Source: Candidatus Saccharimonadota bacterium
GTDB taxonomy: Bacteria > Patescibacteriota > Saccharimonadia > Saccharimonadales > UBA4665
Assembly: GCA_016700375.1 (NCBI GenBank)
Contig: CP065016.1
Span: 870,001 to 902,000 of the forward strand
DNA: 32,000 bases
Direction: 5' to 3'
This document shows, one piece after another, positions 1-7,590 of the stretch. A program made the position numbers and the translations under genes. The first letter of the stretch is position 1. Every line of letters begins with the position of its first letter. The notes beneath the pieces were generated by a model. The model worked only from the letters and a program-made list of their open reading frames with translations, had not been told where the DNA came from and made no database searches.

Positions 1-625
1 GCTGCTGGCCGCTTAGGAGGCGGCTGCTGTCAATTTTTTTGCCATTCAGGAAGAAGGTCGGGGTCGACAGTTGCTCCTTGGTAGCCTTGAATTCATCAAG
101 GTCAGCGTTTATTCGTGTATTTACAGCTGTACTCGCAAAGTCCTTTTTAAATGTGGTCGTGTTTAGACCAAGCTGTTCTGCATATTTTACAAAATAGTCC
201 GAGAGCGGGTCTTTGCTGGCAACCCACCCGCTTTGACCGTATGGGTCTTGGTTTTCGTAAAGCAGGTCATGCATTTCCCAGAACTTCCCTTGCATATCGG
301 CCGCTTCGGCCGCACGAGCACCGGCAAATGCATTTGGGTGTAGGGAAGTGAGGGGAAGGTTACGGAATTGGAACCGGACACGGTCCGCGTATTTTTCTTT
401 AACCTGTTTTGTTACGGGGTAAAAGCTTTTGCAGGCGGGGCATTGGTAGTCGCCGTATTCGGTAAGGGTAACTTTGCTGTCGAGTTTACCAGCGAAATGA
501 CTTGTTGTTTTTGACTCGTTTCCCGTCTTGCCTCCTGGGCTATCCTGACTTTTGTTGTTCATGGCAATAATGCCGCCAAAAGCCACAATAATTATCCCGA
601 CAATAGCCCAAAATCGTTTATCCAT
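1..625 (-). CDS. DsbA/thioredoxin-fold thiol:disulfide oxidoreductase, membrane-anchored (3' end runs off the window)
   Basis: Absent from the ORF track because it is open at the window edge. Hand translation from ATG 625..623 gives MDKRFWAIVGIIIVAFGGIIAMN (TM anchor)...LTEYGDYQCPACKSFYP (CxxC)...FRNLPL...GKFWEMHDLLYENQ. AGGAGGA SD at 632-638. Confidence 0.85.
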   Translation of the reverse strand, partial: MDKRFWAIVGIIIVAFGGIIAMNNKSQDSPGGKTGNESKTTSHFAGKLDSKVTLTEYGDYQCPACKSFYPVTKQVKEKYADRVRFQFRNLPLTSLHPNAFAGARAAEAADMQGKFWEMHDLLYENQDPYGQSGWVASKDPLSDYFVKYAEQLGLNTTTFKKDFASTAVNTRINADLDEFKATKEQLSTPTFFLNGKKIDSSRLLSGQQ

Positions 626-686
626 ACGTAATCCTCCTGTTGTCTTAGCTATGGTACCACATCTTGGTAACCGCCGAGCAAAGTCA

Positions 687-1575
687 GGCTCTGTCAACGA
701 ACATGGAACAAGCAAACCTGTAGGTAGGTGAATGGTGAGTCAAAAAGATGCGGCTGGTTATGCCGAGCCATCCATTCATTAAGAACCGTTTGAAGATTCT
801 TGGTAGGTACGCAGCCATAGAGTTTTCGTAAGTACCGCTTTATCTCGCTCCAGATGCGTTCAATCTGGTTTGTTCCAGCAAACTGTCCAGTGCTATGGTT
901 CCAGCTCTCGTGGGTATAGCCAAGCAGCGGCAAATCCTGGTAGGCATACCACTTGTCAGTGGCGACATTTGTTCCTGACTTTACGGTATCCAGTACGAAT
1001 TGTTCTAGGACATCCTGTCCTCTGGAATTCGTTATCCTGAGTGCAATACGGTCAGTATCCGGTTCAATTGCTCCAGTCACAATTGTCTGCGGCTGTGTGC
1101 TCTTCAGCTTCCCGAAGTAGCTCTCGTCTATCTGCACGAGGCCGCATAGAATAGTGTCTGATTCATCCGGCAGATGACACCTGAACCGTCCGTACCACCG
1201 CTCAACTGTTGGGTAGCTGACATGCGCTACCAAACATGCGGTGTCGGGGCTCTTTTGTACTGCCAGCACCAGAGCAGGACGAAGAGCTGTCTGGGGCTCA
1301 GCTTCATGCCGTACAACCAAGAACCTTGATGAGCTGTTGGCCGATACTTCCGACGGCACTGCGAGCATCATGCATAGCGACGCACATACTGAAGCTTTAG
1401 TGTTTGTGTGCATCGTGAACAACGGAGTGTGTCACCAAATGCTAGTTTGTTAAGGAACACCCAGCACTTCTTATTACTAGGAATGTCTGTTAATTTAGTC
1501 ATGGAACAACCTTTCTATTCTTGTTAGCTTTGACACTACAAGTTTAGCGGTTGTTCCGTTTTAGTTTAATGAGCC
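687..1575 (-). mobile_element. IS1595-family insertion sequence, decayed
   Basis: Imperfect terminal IRs GGCTCTGTCAACGAACATGGAACAAGC (687-713) vs revcomp of 1549-1575 (20/27 identical). They enclose a zinc-ribbon/HTH/DDE transposase gene. AAAGTCA lies on both flanks (680-686, 1578-1584). Confidence 0.7.
694..1502 (-). pseudogene. IS1595/ISXO2-like transposase, disrupted by an in-frame TGA and one frameshift
   Basis: ATG 1502: MTKLTDIPSNKKCWVFLNKLAFGDTLRCSRCTQTLKLQYVRRYA, then TGA (1370..1368), then CSQCRRKYRPTA...LLWCWQYK. A -1 shift near 1243-1256 joins to KSPDTACLVAHVSYPTVERWYGRFR...VQIDESYFGK...(ORF track 694..1422). Confidence 0.8.
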
Positions 1576-1613
1576 CAAAAGTCAGGAGGACTTGAGGTAT
1601 AATAGACGGGTAT

Positions 1614-2641
1614 ATGACGCCATTTATTTTCGGACTAGTTTGCGCATTGCTTGCAATTGTACTTGCTTCTTTGTACCGCGTATTTAGTCATGTGAGTCAA
1701 AAGGAGCTAAAGCGCAGGGCGCGTGGCGGTGATGAAGTTGCCGCCGTACTATACCGTTCTTCTTCCTATGGCTTGAGTGCGAAACTCGTGCTGGGGGGTT
1801 TGTTCACGCTGTTTGCCTACGGAGCATTTGTGTTCATGGTGCAGGCGCTCGATGCATGGTTGGCGCTACCTATGCTTGTAATTATTGCCATGCTTGGGCT
1901 AATTTTTGTCGAAACGAAGGGTGGAGCCAATCGAGTTTCCATTTGGTTAGCGCGCAGTGTCTCGCCTGCTTTGTCTTGGGTGCTTGAGCGCCTTCACCCT
2001 TTATTTGCGCAGCTTGCCCGTGCGCTCAGAAAAGTGTGGCCGGTACGTGTACACAGCGGCCTGTACGAAAAAGAAGACCTTGCCGCCTTGCTAGAGCAGC
2101 AAAAAAATCAGCCAGACAACCGCATAGCACATGGTGAAATCGATTTGCTATCTCATGCACTGACGTTTGGCGACAAAACAGTTTCTGACGCTCTTGTGCC
2201 GAAGCGGGTCGTCAAATCGGTCGCCGCAACTGATGCAGTCGGTCCTGTGCTTATGGATGAGCTCCACGCCAGTGGCCACAGCCGGTTTCCAGTGTACGAA
2301 GTGAAAAGGATAACATTGTCGGGGTGCTCTACCTGCACGACTTGGTCGCAACCAAAAAGTCGGGCACAGTGAGTAACATTATGCGCCGCAAGGTAACCTA
2401 CGTGCATGAAGATTTTACGCTGTACCAAACACTGCAAGCCTTCATAAAAACTAAGCAGCACCTGTTCATTGTAGTGAACAGTTTTGAAGAGTACGTGGGC
2501 ATAATCACCATAGAAGACGTGCTGGAACGAGTGATAGGTAAGCTCATTGTCGATGAGTTTGACCGCTACGACGACCTCCGCGCCGTAGCCGCCGCTGCCG
2601 CCAAGAAAGACCATGCAGCTCGCACCGAACCCTCCCCATAG
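1614..2641 (+). pseudogene. DUF21(CNNM)-CBS domain membrane protein (CorB/TlyC-like), split by a 1-nt deletion
   Basis: ORF 1614..2372 (TM region, then ...GHSRFPVYE) continues in the -1 frame as (S)EKDNIVGVLYLHDLVA...ITIEDVLERVIG (ORF 2324..2641). The junction is at ~2298-2303. TATAAT at 1598-1603. Confidence 0.8.
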
Positions 2642-2698
2642 GAATCGTAACCATTTTATAAACCACACTTCCTGTTTCGTGCTCAACGCCACGAAAAG

Positions 2699-2732
2699 TA
2701 TCAATTTTGTCCCAGCTGGGACAGGATTGATA
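2699..2732. repeat. Palindromic repeat copy 1 (TATCAATTTTGTCCCAG|CTGGGACAGGATTGATA)
   Basis: 34-bp inverted repeat centred on CAGCTG. The two arm mismatches are T/G, so they pair as G.U in a plus-strand RNA. Lies between the convergent 3' ends of the CBS gene and the PaaX-like gene. Confidence 0.9.
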
Positions 2733-2756
2733 ACGAGTCGTAGAAATCGGTGCGAG

Positions 2757-3257
2757 CTAGATCTTTAGCCGTATACTTTCATATATCTGAACGCACCCAG
2801 CAATATCCAACTCTTTGACGGCTTCGCGGATGGTTTCACGATGATCTTTTTCGCTCGACCAGACGCTTTGCTGCACGAGCTCAAAGCCCAGATTATGGAG
2901 CAGTCGTTTCAAAGCGCGCCGCTCGGACTCCATGTATTCGGGGATGTCATATATGAGCAATATACGCGCATCTTTGCCTAAAGACTTGGCTACGAAAGGC
3001 CGTACTTTGCGGAGTCCTTTTTCAGTCAGTTGGGGAATTTTACTGTTATCTATGAAGCCCTGTTTTCGCGCGCGGTAATACGCTGTCTTAACATACTGTT
3101 CTTTATAGCCCGATACCTTGGACAGCTCGTAGAAGAATTTGCCAGGTTTGAAAGAGAGCAGAAGGTTTTCGCGATTTGGCGGCAGTAACCCACGGAGTAC
3201 GTATATGAGAGCAGGGTGTTTCATGGTTCGGTAATCTGCCAAAGGATCTTTTCGCAT
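2757..3257 (-). CDS. PaaX-like small regulator (N-terminal winged-helix + Cas2/VapD-like ferredoxin-fold segment)
   Basis: 166 aa. ELSKVSGYKEQYVKTAYYRARKQGFI is wHTH-like. ARILLIYDIPEYMESERRALKRLLHNLGFELVQQSVWSS matches the PaaX-family 'fDIPE..R..R..L...GF..lq.SvW' pattern. Confidence 0.65.
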   Translation of the reverse strand: MRKDPLADYRTMKHPALIYVLRGLLPPNRENLLLSFKPGKFFYELSKVSGYKEQYVKTAYYRARKQGFIDNSKIPQLTEKGLRKVRPFVAKSLGKDARILLIYDIPEYMESERRALKRLLHNLGFELVQQSVWSSEKDHRETIREAVKELDIAGCVQIYESIRLKI

Positions 3258-3263
3258 GTCGAC

Positions 3264-3272
3264 ATTGTATCA
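3264..3272 (-). promoter_or_regulatory. Extended -10 (TGaTACAAT) 6 nt upstream of ATG 3257; probable leaderless promoter
   Basis: Minus strand reads TGATACAAT-GTCGAC-ATG. Overlaps the outer arm of palindrome copy 2. Confidence 0.55.
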
Positions 3273-3301
3273 AATCTGTCCCAGCTGGGACAGATTTGAT
3301 A
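3268..3301. repeat. Palindromic repeat copy 2 (TATCAAATCTGTCCCAG|CTGGGACAGATTTGATA)
   Basis: Perfect 34-bp palindrome in the divergent region between the PaaX-like gene and aspS. Confidence 0.95.
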
Positions 3302-3325
3302 GCGATAGGGGAATTAGGGGAAAGA

Positions 3326-3334
3326 TGGTACAAT
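3326..3334 (+). promoter_or_regulatory. Extended -10 (TGgTACAAT), candidate aspS promoter
   Basis: Matches the TGnTAnnnT motif seen upstream of many genes here. It would give a ~118-nt leader before ATG 3459. Confidence 0.45.
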
Positions 3335-3458
3335 AGCAGCGATGAAATATAGTGTGGCGACAGATATAAATCTACGGGTCGGCGAGTAGCCTGGCCGGGC
3401 TACTGCGTGTACTCGACCCTGCCGAAGCCGCACATAAAATACTAGAGGAAAACTATAC

Positions 3459-5216
3459 ATGCGAACACTTGCAGCTGAATCTATCAAACAAGTTGGCCAA
3501 ACTATTACTACTATGGGTTGGGTGCAGTCGCGCCGTGACCACGGCGGGCTAATTTTTATAGACCTGCGTGACCACACCGGGTTGCTGCAGCTGGTCATTA
3601 ACCCCGAGACGGCTGAGGCTTTCAAAACGGCCGAAGAACTGCGCGATGAATTCGTCATCGCCGCCACTGGCACCGTAAACGAACGAGACGAAAACCTGCG
3701 TAATCCACACCTGGAAACTGGTGGTGTTGAAATGAAAGTCACTGACATTCGTATTCTTAACCGCGCCGACACCCTGCCCATACAGCCATTTGCCGAGGCT
3801 CAAGCCAACGAAGACCTTCGTTTGCGTTACCGCTATCTAGACCTGCGCCGACCAAAAATGCAGCATATGCTCAAAAAACGCGCGGAGTACTACAAATACA
3901 TGCGGGACTTTGTAGAATCACAAGGATTCATCGAGGTAGCCACTCCAATCTTAGCAAACAGCAGCCCAGAGGGTGCGCGCGACTTCCTGATTCCCTCGCG
4001 TATACACCCGGGCAAATTCTACGCCCTACCCCAGGCGCCGCAGCAGTTTAAGCAGCTCCTTATGGTCGGCGGCCTACCTCGCTACTACCAGCTGGCCGCC
4101 TGTTTCCGCGACGAAGATCCCCGGGCAGACAGACTGTACGGAGAATTCTACCAGCTCGACGCCGAGATGAGTTTTATAGAAGACGGCGAAGAAGTGCGTA
4201 CCACCTTTGACCCGCTCATAAAAAGCCTCGTGAGTGACTTTGCTGGTAAGAAATTGCTGAACGAAGATGTGCCGCGAATTCCGTATGCCGAAGCCATGGA
4301 AACGTATGGCTCAGACAAGCCAGACCTGCGGTTCGACATGAAGTTGGTGGACCTCAGCGACGTGTTTGCTGGTTCTGAATTTGGTGTCTTTAAAAATGCT
4401 GTTGCTAGTGGAGGTGCGGTCAAAGCCATTTGCGTGAAAGGCGGTGCGAGCTTAAGTCGCAGCCAAATAGACAGCTTTACAGAAATTGCGAAAAACGAGG
4501 GTGCTGGTGGGCTGGCATACTTAACCTACAAAGACGGTGAGGTGCAGTCACCAATTGCCAAATTTATGAATGAGGCGGAACTCACCGAAGTAAAAACACG
4601 ATCCCAGGCGGAAGGCGGCGATGCCGTGTTCTTTGGCGCAGACACACGCCAGATGGTAAACAAAGTGCTTGGACGGCTGCGGGGTGAGTTTGCTAGTCAC
4701 TTCGGCCTGAAAGACCCAGACACGGTTGCCCTGTGTTGGATTGTTGACTTTCCATTCTACGAGACAGACGAAAAAACCGGCAAAATGGACTTTGGCCATA
4801 ATCCATTCAGCATGCCAAAGGGCGGGGCACACGCGCTAGATAACACTGAAAACAAGCTTGAAATATTGGCCGACCAGTACGACATGGTCGCGAATGGCTA
4901 CGAAATTTGCAGTGGCGGCGTGCGCAACCACAACCCAGAGGTGCTCTACAAAGTATTTGGATTGCTCGGGTTCGACGAAGCTTACGTAGAGGAAAAATTT
5001 GGCGCCATGCTAAATGCCTTCAAGTACGGTGCGCCGCCGCATGCCGGTTGCGCCTTTGGCCTTGACCGATTGTTTATGGTGCTTATGGGCGAGGAAAACA
5101 TCCGCGAAATAGTCGCCTTCCCCAAAAATGGCTCCGGACTCGACGTCATGATGAACTCCCCGAGCGCAGTAGAAGCCGCGCAGCTGAAAGAACTTAGCAT
5201 ATCCGTCACTGAGTAG
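3459..5216 (+). CDS. aspS: Aspartate--tRNA ligase (bacterial type)
   Basis: 585 aa. OB-fold N-terminus (GWVQSRRDHGGLIFIDLRD) and class II motifs (FRDEDPRADR, GGVRNH, GLDRL). GAGGA SD 9 nt upstream. Confidence 0.97.
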   Translation: MRTLAAESIKQVGQTITTMGWVQSRRDHGGLIFIDLRDHTGLLQLVINPETAEAFKTAEELRDEFVIAATGTVNERDENLRNPHLETGGVEMKVTDIRILNRADTLPIQPFAEAQANEDLRLRYRYLDLRRPKMQHMLKKRAEYYKYMRDFVESQGFIEVATPILANSSPEGARDFLIPSRIHPGKFYALPQAPQQFKQLLMVGGLPRYYQLAACFRDEDPRADRLYGEFYQLDAEMSFIEDGEEVRTTFDPLIKSLVSDFAGKKLLNEDVPRIPYAEAMETYGSDKPDLRFDMKLVDLSDVFAGSEFGVFKNAVASGGAVKAICVKGGASLSRSQIDSFTEIAKNEGAGGLAYLTYKDGEVQSPIAKFMNEAELTEVKTRSQAEGGDAVFFGADTRQMVNKVLGRLRGEFASHFGLKDPDTVALCWIVDFPFYETDEKTGKMDFGHNPFSMPKGGAHALDNTENKLEILADQYDMVANGYEICSGGVRNHNPEVLYKVFGLLGFDEAYVEEKFGAMLNAFKYGAPPHAGCAFGLDRLFMVLMGEENIREIVAFPKNGSGLDVMMNSPSAVEAAQLKELSISVTE

Positions 5217-5247
5217 TACAATAGACTACGAAAAGAAGGAGGTTCAT

Positions 5248-6168
5248 GTGCAACATTTAGTAGCGGCCGGCCAGCTTACGCCGGAAGTTTTGACGGAACT
5301 TATGAACAAAGCGGAGGAGTTCCGCAAGCTACTGGAAACGACAGACGGCAGAAACCAGCTGCGGGCACTGTACCCAGATAAGGTCGTTGCAACACTGTTT
5401 TATGAACCTTCCACACGAACGCGCTTAAGCCATGAGTCCGCTGCCCAGCGCCTCGGTATGGGGGTGGTTAGCACCGAAAATGCTGCAGAATTCTCATCTG
5501 CCATAAAGGGTGAAACCATAGAAGACACAGTGCGGGTGGTGTGCGGCTATGCCGACGCCATTGTTATTAGGCACAAAGAAACAGGTATTGTTGACCGTGC
5601 CGCTGCAGCGAGTCCGGTGCCAATCATAAACGCCGGTGACGGAACGGGTGAGCACCCCACCCAAGCACTGCTAGATGTCTATACCATTTGGCGCGAAATG
5701 GGCACGCTCGAGGGGCTGAATATTGTTATGGGCGGCGACCTCGCGCACGGACGCACAGTTCGCTCGCTTGCGCAGGCTATGAGCCAATACAAAGGTACTA
5801 GCTTTACGTTCGTTTCGACCCCACAGCTCTGCATGGGTGATGACATAAAGGCGCTGCTAAAAGAACGCGGCGTGTCTTTTACCGAAACGGCAGACGTGCA
5901 CGCGGCAACCAAGCAGGCCGATGTGGTCTACTGGACTCGGTTGCAGAAAGAGCGGCTTGAAGACCCGACGCTTGAGGCGGGGTTTGTGGTGGATGAAACG
6001 GTGCTGGCAGGCATGAAAGAAAAGTCGGTCATTATGCATCCATTGCCGCGGGTAGACGAAATTTCTGCCGCAGTAGATGCTGACCCGCGTGCCGCGTACT
6101 TCCGGCAGTCGCACAATGGTGTGTATGTGCGTATGGCGCTTTTGGATTATTTGTTTAGTCAGAAATAA
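5248..6168 (+). CDS. pyrB: Aspartate carbamoyltransferase catalytic subunit
   Basis: 306 aa with STRTRLSHE, HPTQALLD, HPLPRV motifs. GTG start with AAGGAGG SD at 5236-5242. Confidence 0.95.
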   Translation: MQHLVAAGQLTPEVLTELMNKAEEFRKLLETTDGRNQLRALYPDKVVATLFYEPSTRTRLSHESAAQRLGMGVVSTENAAEFSSAIKGETIEDTVRVVCGYADAIVIRHKETGIVDRAAAASPVPIINAGDGTGEHPTQALLDVYTIWREMGTLEGLNIVMGGDLAHGRTVRSLAQAMSQYKGTSFTFVSTPQLCMGDDIKALLKERGVSFTETADVHAATKQADVVYWTRLQKERLEDPTLEAGFVVDETVLAGMKEKSVIMHPLPRVDEISAAVDADPRAAYFRQSHNGVYVRMALLDYLFSQK

Positions 6169-6201
6169 GTCTTTAATGCGGGCTTTCGCGCCCTCAGGCG
6201 A

Positions 6202-6230
6202 CCTACTTTTTCTGCCGAAGAAAAAGTAGG
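6202..6230. other. 12-bp perfect-stem hairpin (CCTACTTTTTCT-GCCGA-AGAAAAAGTAGG)
   Basis: Inverted repeat read directly from the sequence, 34 nt after the pyrB stop. No flanking U-tract. Confidence 0.6.
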
Positions 6231-6262
6231 CAAAAAGTCTCGGCACATCTCCGGACTCTCGG

Positions 6263-6343
6263 CAGCTGTTGTGAACGGGCACGATGCGAAAACACTAATT
6301 GGACACGCATTTTCGCTTATATTGTGCCGTTTCACAACAGCTG
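6263..6343. other. 81-nt extended imperfect hairpin in the pyrB/pyrC convergent spacer
   Basis: CAGCTGTTGTGAA (6263-6275) pairs perfectly with TTCACAACAGCTG (6331-6343). Inner helices are GGCAC/GTGCC and GCGAAAA/TTTTCGC. Confidence 0.7.
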
Positions 6344-6498
6344 GGCCGGGAGCCCTCCGCAGTGCCAACCTTAGTTATATCGCTTCGCGATGATTATTTG
6401 GCGGCCTGCGGCCGCACTCGTTTGTCGTTAATCGTGTTTCGTAATTCGTTGGAAGGTGATTGTTTGTTGATAACTTGGTCGTTAAGCGTTGGTTGTTC

Positions 6499-7554
6499 TT
6501 AAGTCGCGAAGGGGGTCAGAACCTGACCGGTGCTGACTGCCGAGAATTCGCCGTTTTCGTAGACGGTGGCGCCATGGAGTACGACTTTCTGGACTCGGCC
6601 AGGAACTTCAGTGCCCGCAAACGGTGACCAACCGCATTTGGTTTGCAGGCCGTCGTTTTGTATAACGTACGGCTCCATTTTCACTTCGACGTACGTGAAC
6701 TCATCTGTTGAAAGGCCAAAAATTTCACTTGGTTTCTTGTGGCACTTGTCTATGATTTGCTCGAGCGTAATTTTGCCCTCGGCTCGAGCCTTGAGTAGTA
6801 AGGGCAGGGTGGTTTCGAGGTTCGGTACGCCAAACGCCCCGGCGGCTTTGTCTTCGTGGGTGTGGGGAGCGTGGTCAGACTCAAAAATATCAATGTCGCT
6901 TAGGTGCGCCCACAAAAACTCTTGGTCGGCACGTGACTTAAGCGGCGGTTTCATCTTGCCGTAGACGCCAAGGCGTGGCACATCGTCTTCGGTGAGGAAC
7001 AGATGGTGTGGTGTGACGCCGCAGGTCACGGGCAAGCCTTTTTGCTTGGCGGCAATGATTTTCTCTAACACGGCCCGGCTGGGCATGTGGCAGACGTGTA
7101 CTGGGCGGTCCAGGCCCTCCAGCGACTCGATGGCTATATCTATAGTGTCTTCTTCGGTGTGTAGTAGCACTACTTGCTCACGCGGCCAAGCGGCATAAAT
7201 TTCTTTGAGCCGAGCAGGGTCAAGCGTGTAGCCGCCAGTGGTATTGTTTAAATACACCTTTAGCCCTACCGCGTGTTTAGCGGCCTGGGCGAAGGTGTCG
7301 AGGTTGTCACCCAGCGTTCCGTAGTGGAAGCCTATGTCACACACCGCTTTTTTGCTAGCCAGTGCTATTTTTGCCTCGAGTCGCTCGGGGGTGGTGATGG
7401 GCTCGGCATTGTTTGGCATATCGCATACGGTAGTAAAGCCGCCAGCTAGAGCCGCTCGCGTGCCGCTCACAAAGTCTTCTTTGTCTGTTTGCCCCGGCTC
7501 CCGCAAATGTACGTGTACATCCACCAGCCCCGGCAACCGCAAAACATCACTCAT
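6499..7554 (-). CDS. pyrC: Dihydroorotase
   Basis: M(VM)SDVLRLPGLVDVHVHLREPG...GGFTTVCDMPNN...ESDHAPH. The ORF-track N-terminal extension to 7842 overlaps the divergent gene and is rejected. Start is ATG 7554, or 7560. Confidence 0.92.
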   Translation of the reverse strand: MSDVLRLPGLVDVHVHLREPGQTDKEDFVSGTRAALAGGFTTVCDMPNNAEPITTPERLEAKIALASKKAVCDIGFHYGTLGDNLDTFAQAAKHAVGLKVYLNNTTGGYTLDPARLKEIYAAWPREQVVLLHTEEDTIDIAIESLEGLDRPVHVCHMPSRAVLEKIIAAKQKGLPVTCGVTPHHLFLTEDDVPRLGVYGKMKPPLKSRADQEFLWAHLSDIDIFESDHAPHTHEDKAAGAFGVPNLETTLPLLLKARAEGKITLEQIIDKCHKKPSEIFGLSTDEFTYVEVKMEPYVIQNDGLQTKCGWSPFAGTEVPGRVQKVVLHGATVYENGEFSAVSTGQVLTPFAT

Positions 7555-7561
7555 AACCATC

Positions 7562-7567
7562 AGTATA
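7562..7567 (-). promoter_or_regulatory. -10 TATACT, 7 nt upstream of pyrC ATG 7554 (leaderless-type)
   Basis: Minus strand reads GGTATACT-GATGGTT-ATG. Confidence 0.5.
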
Positions 7568-7574
7568 CCGCAGC

Positions 7575-7583
7575 TGGTACAAT
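7575..7583 (+). promoter_or_regulatory. Extended -10 TGgTACAAT, 7 nt upstream of ATG 7591 (leaderless-type)
   Basis: Reads CTGGTACAAT-GAACGGT-ATG. Lies back to back with the pyrC -10, 10 bp away. Confidence 0.55.
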
Positions 7584-7590
7584 GAACGGT

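Noticed and set aside
1368-1370. In-frame TGA inside the transposase zinc ribbon considered as evidence for UGA recoding (genetic code 4/25)
   Set aside because: Many clearly complete genes in the window terminate at TGA, for example the Mur ligase and the HAD genes with ATGA overlaps. The position fits an Arg (CGA to TGA) in the Y-x-R-C-x-x-C context, and the same gene also carries a frameshift. It is a nonsense mutation in a pseudogene.
3311-3334. AATTAGGGGAAAGATGGTACAAT resembles the two halves of the T-box consensus (AATTAGGG...TGGTAC)
   Set aside because: Only 54 nt separate it from the divergent gene, so there is no room for Stem I or a specifier upstream. It is followed by ~125 nt rather than a terminator, and the TGGTACAAT part matches the recurrent extended -10 motif of this genome.
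6269-6337. TTGTGAA ... TTCACAA half-sites resembling a Rex operator
   Set aside because: The half-sites are 55 nt apart rather than 4-6 nt, and they are simply the two strands of the long hairpin stem.
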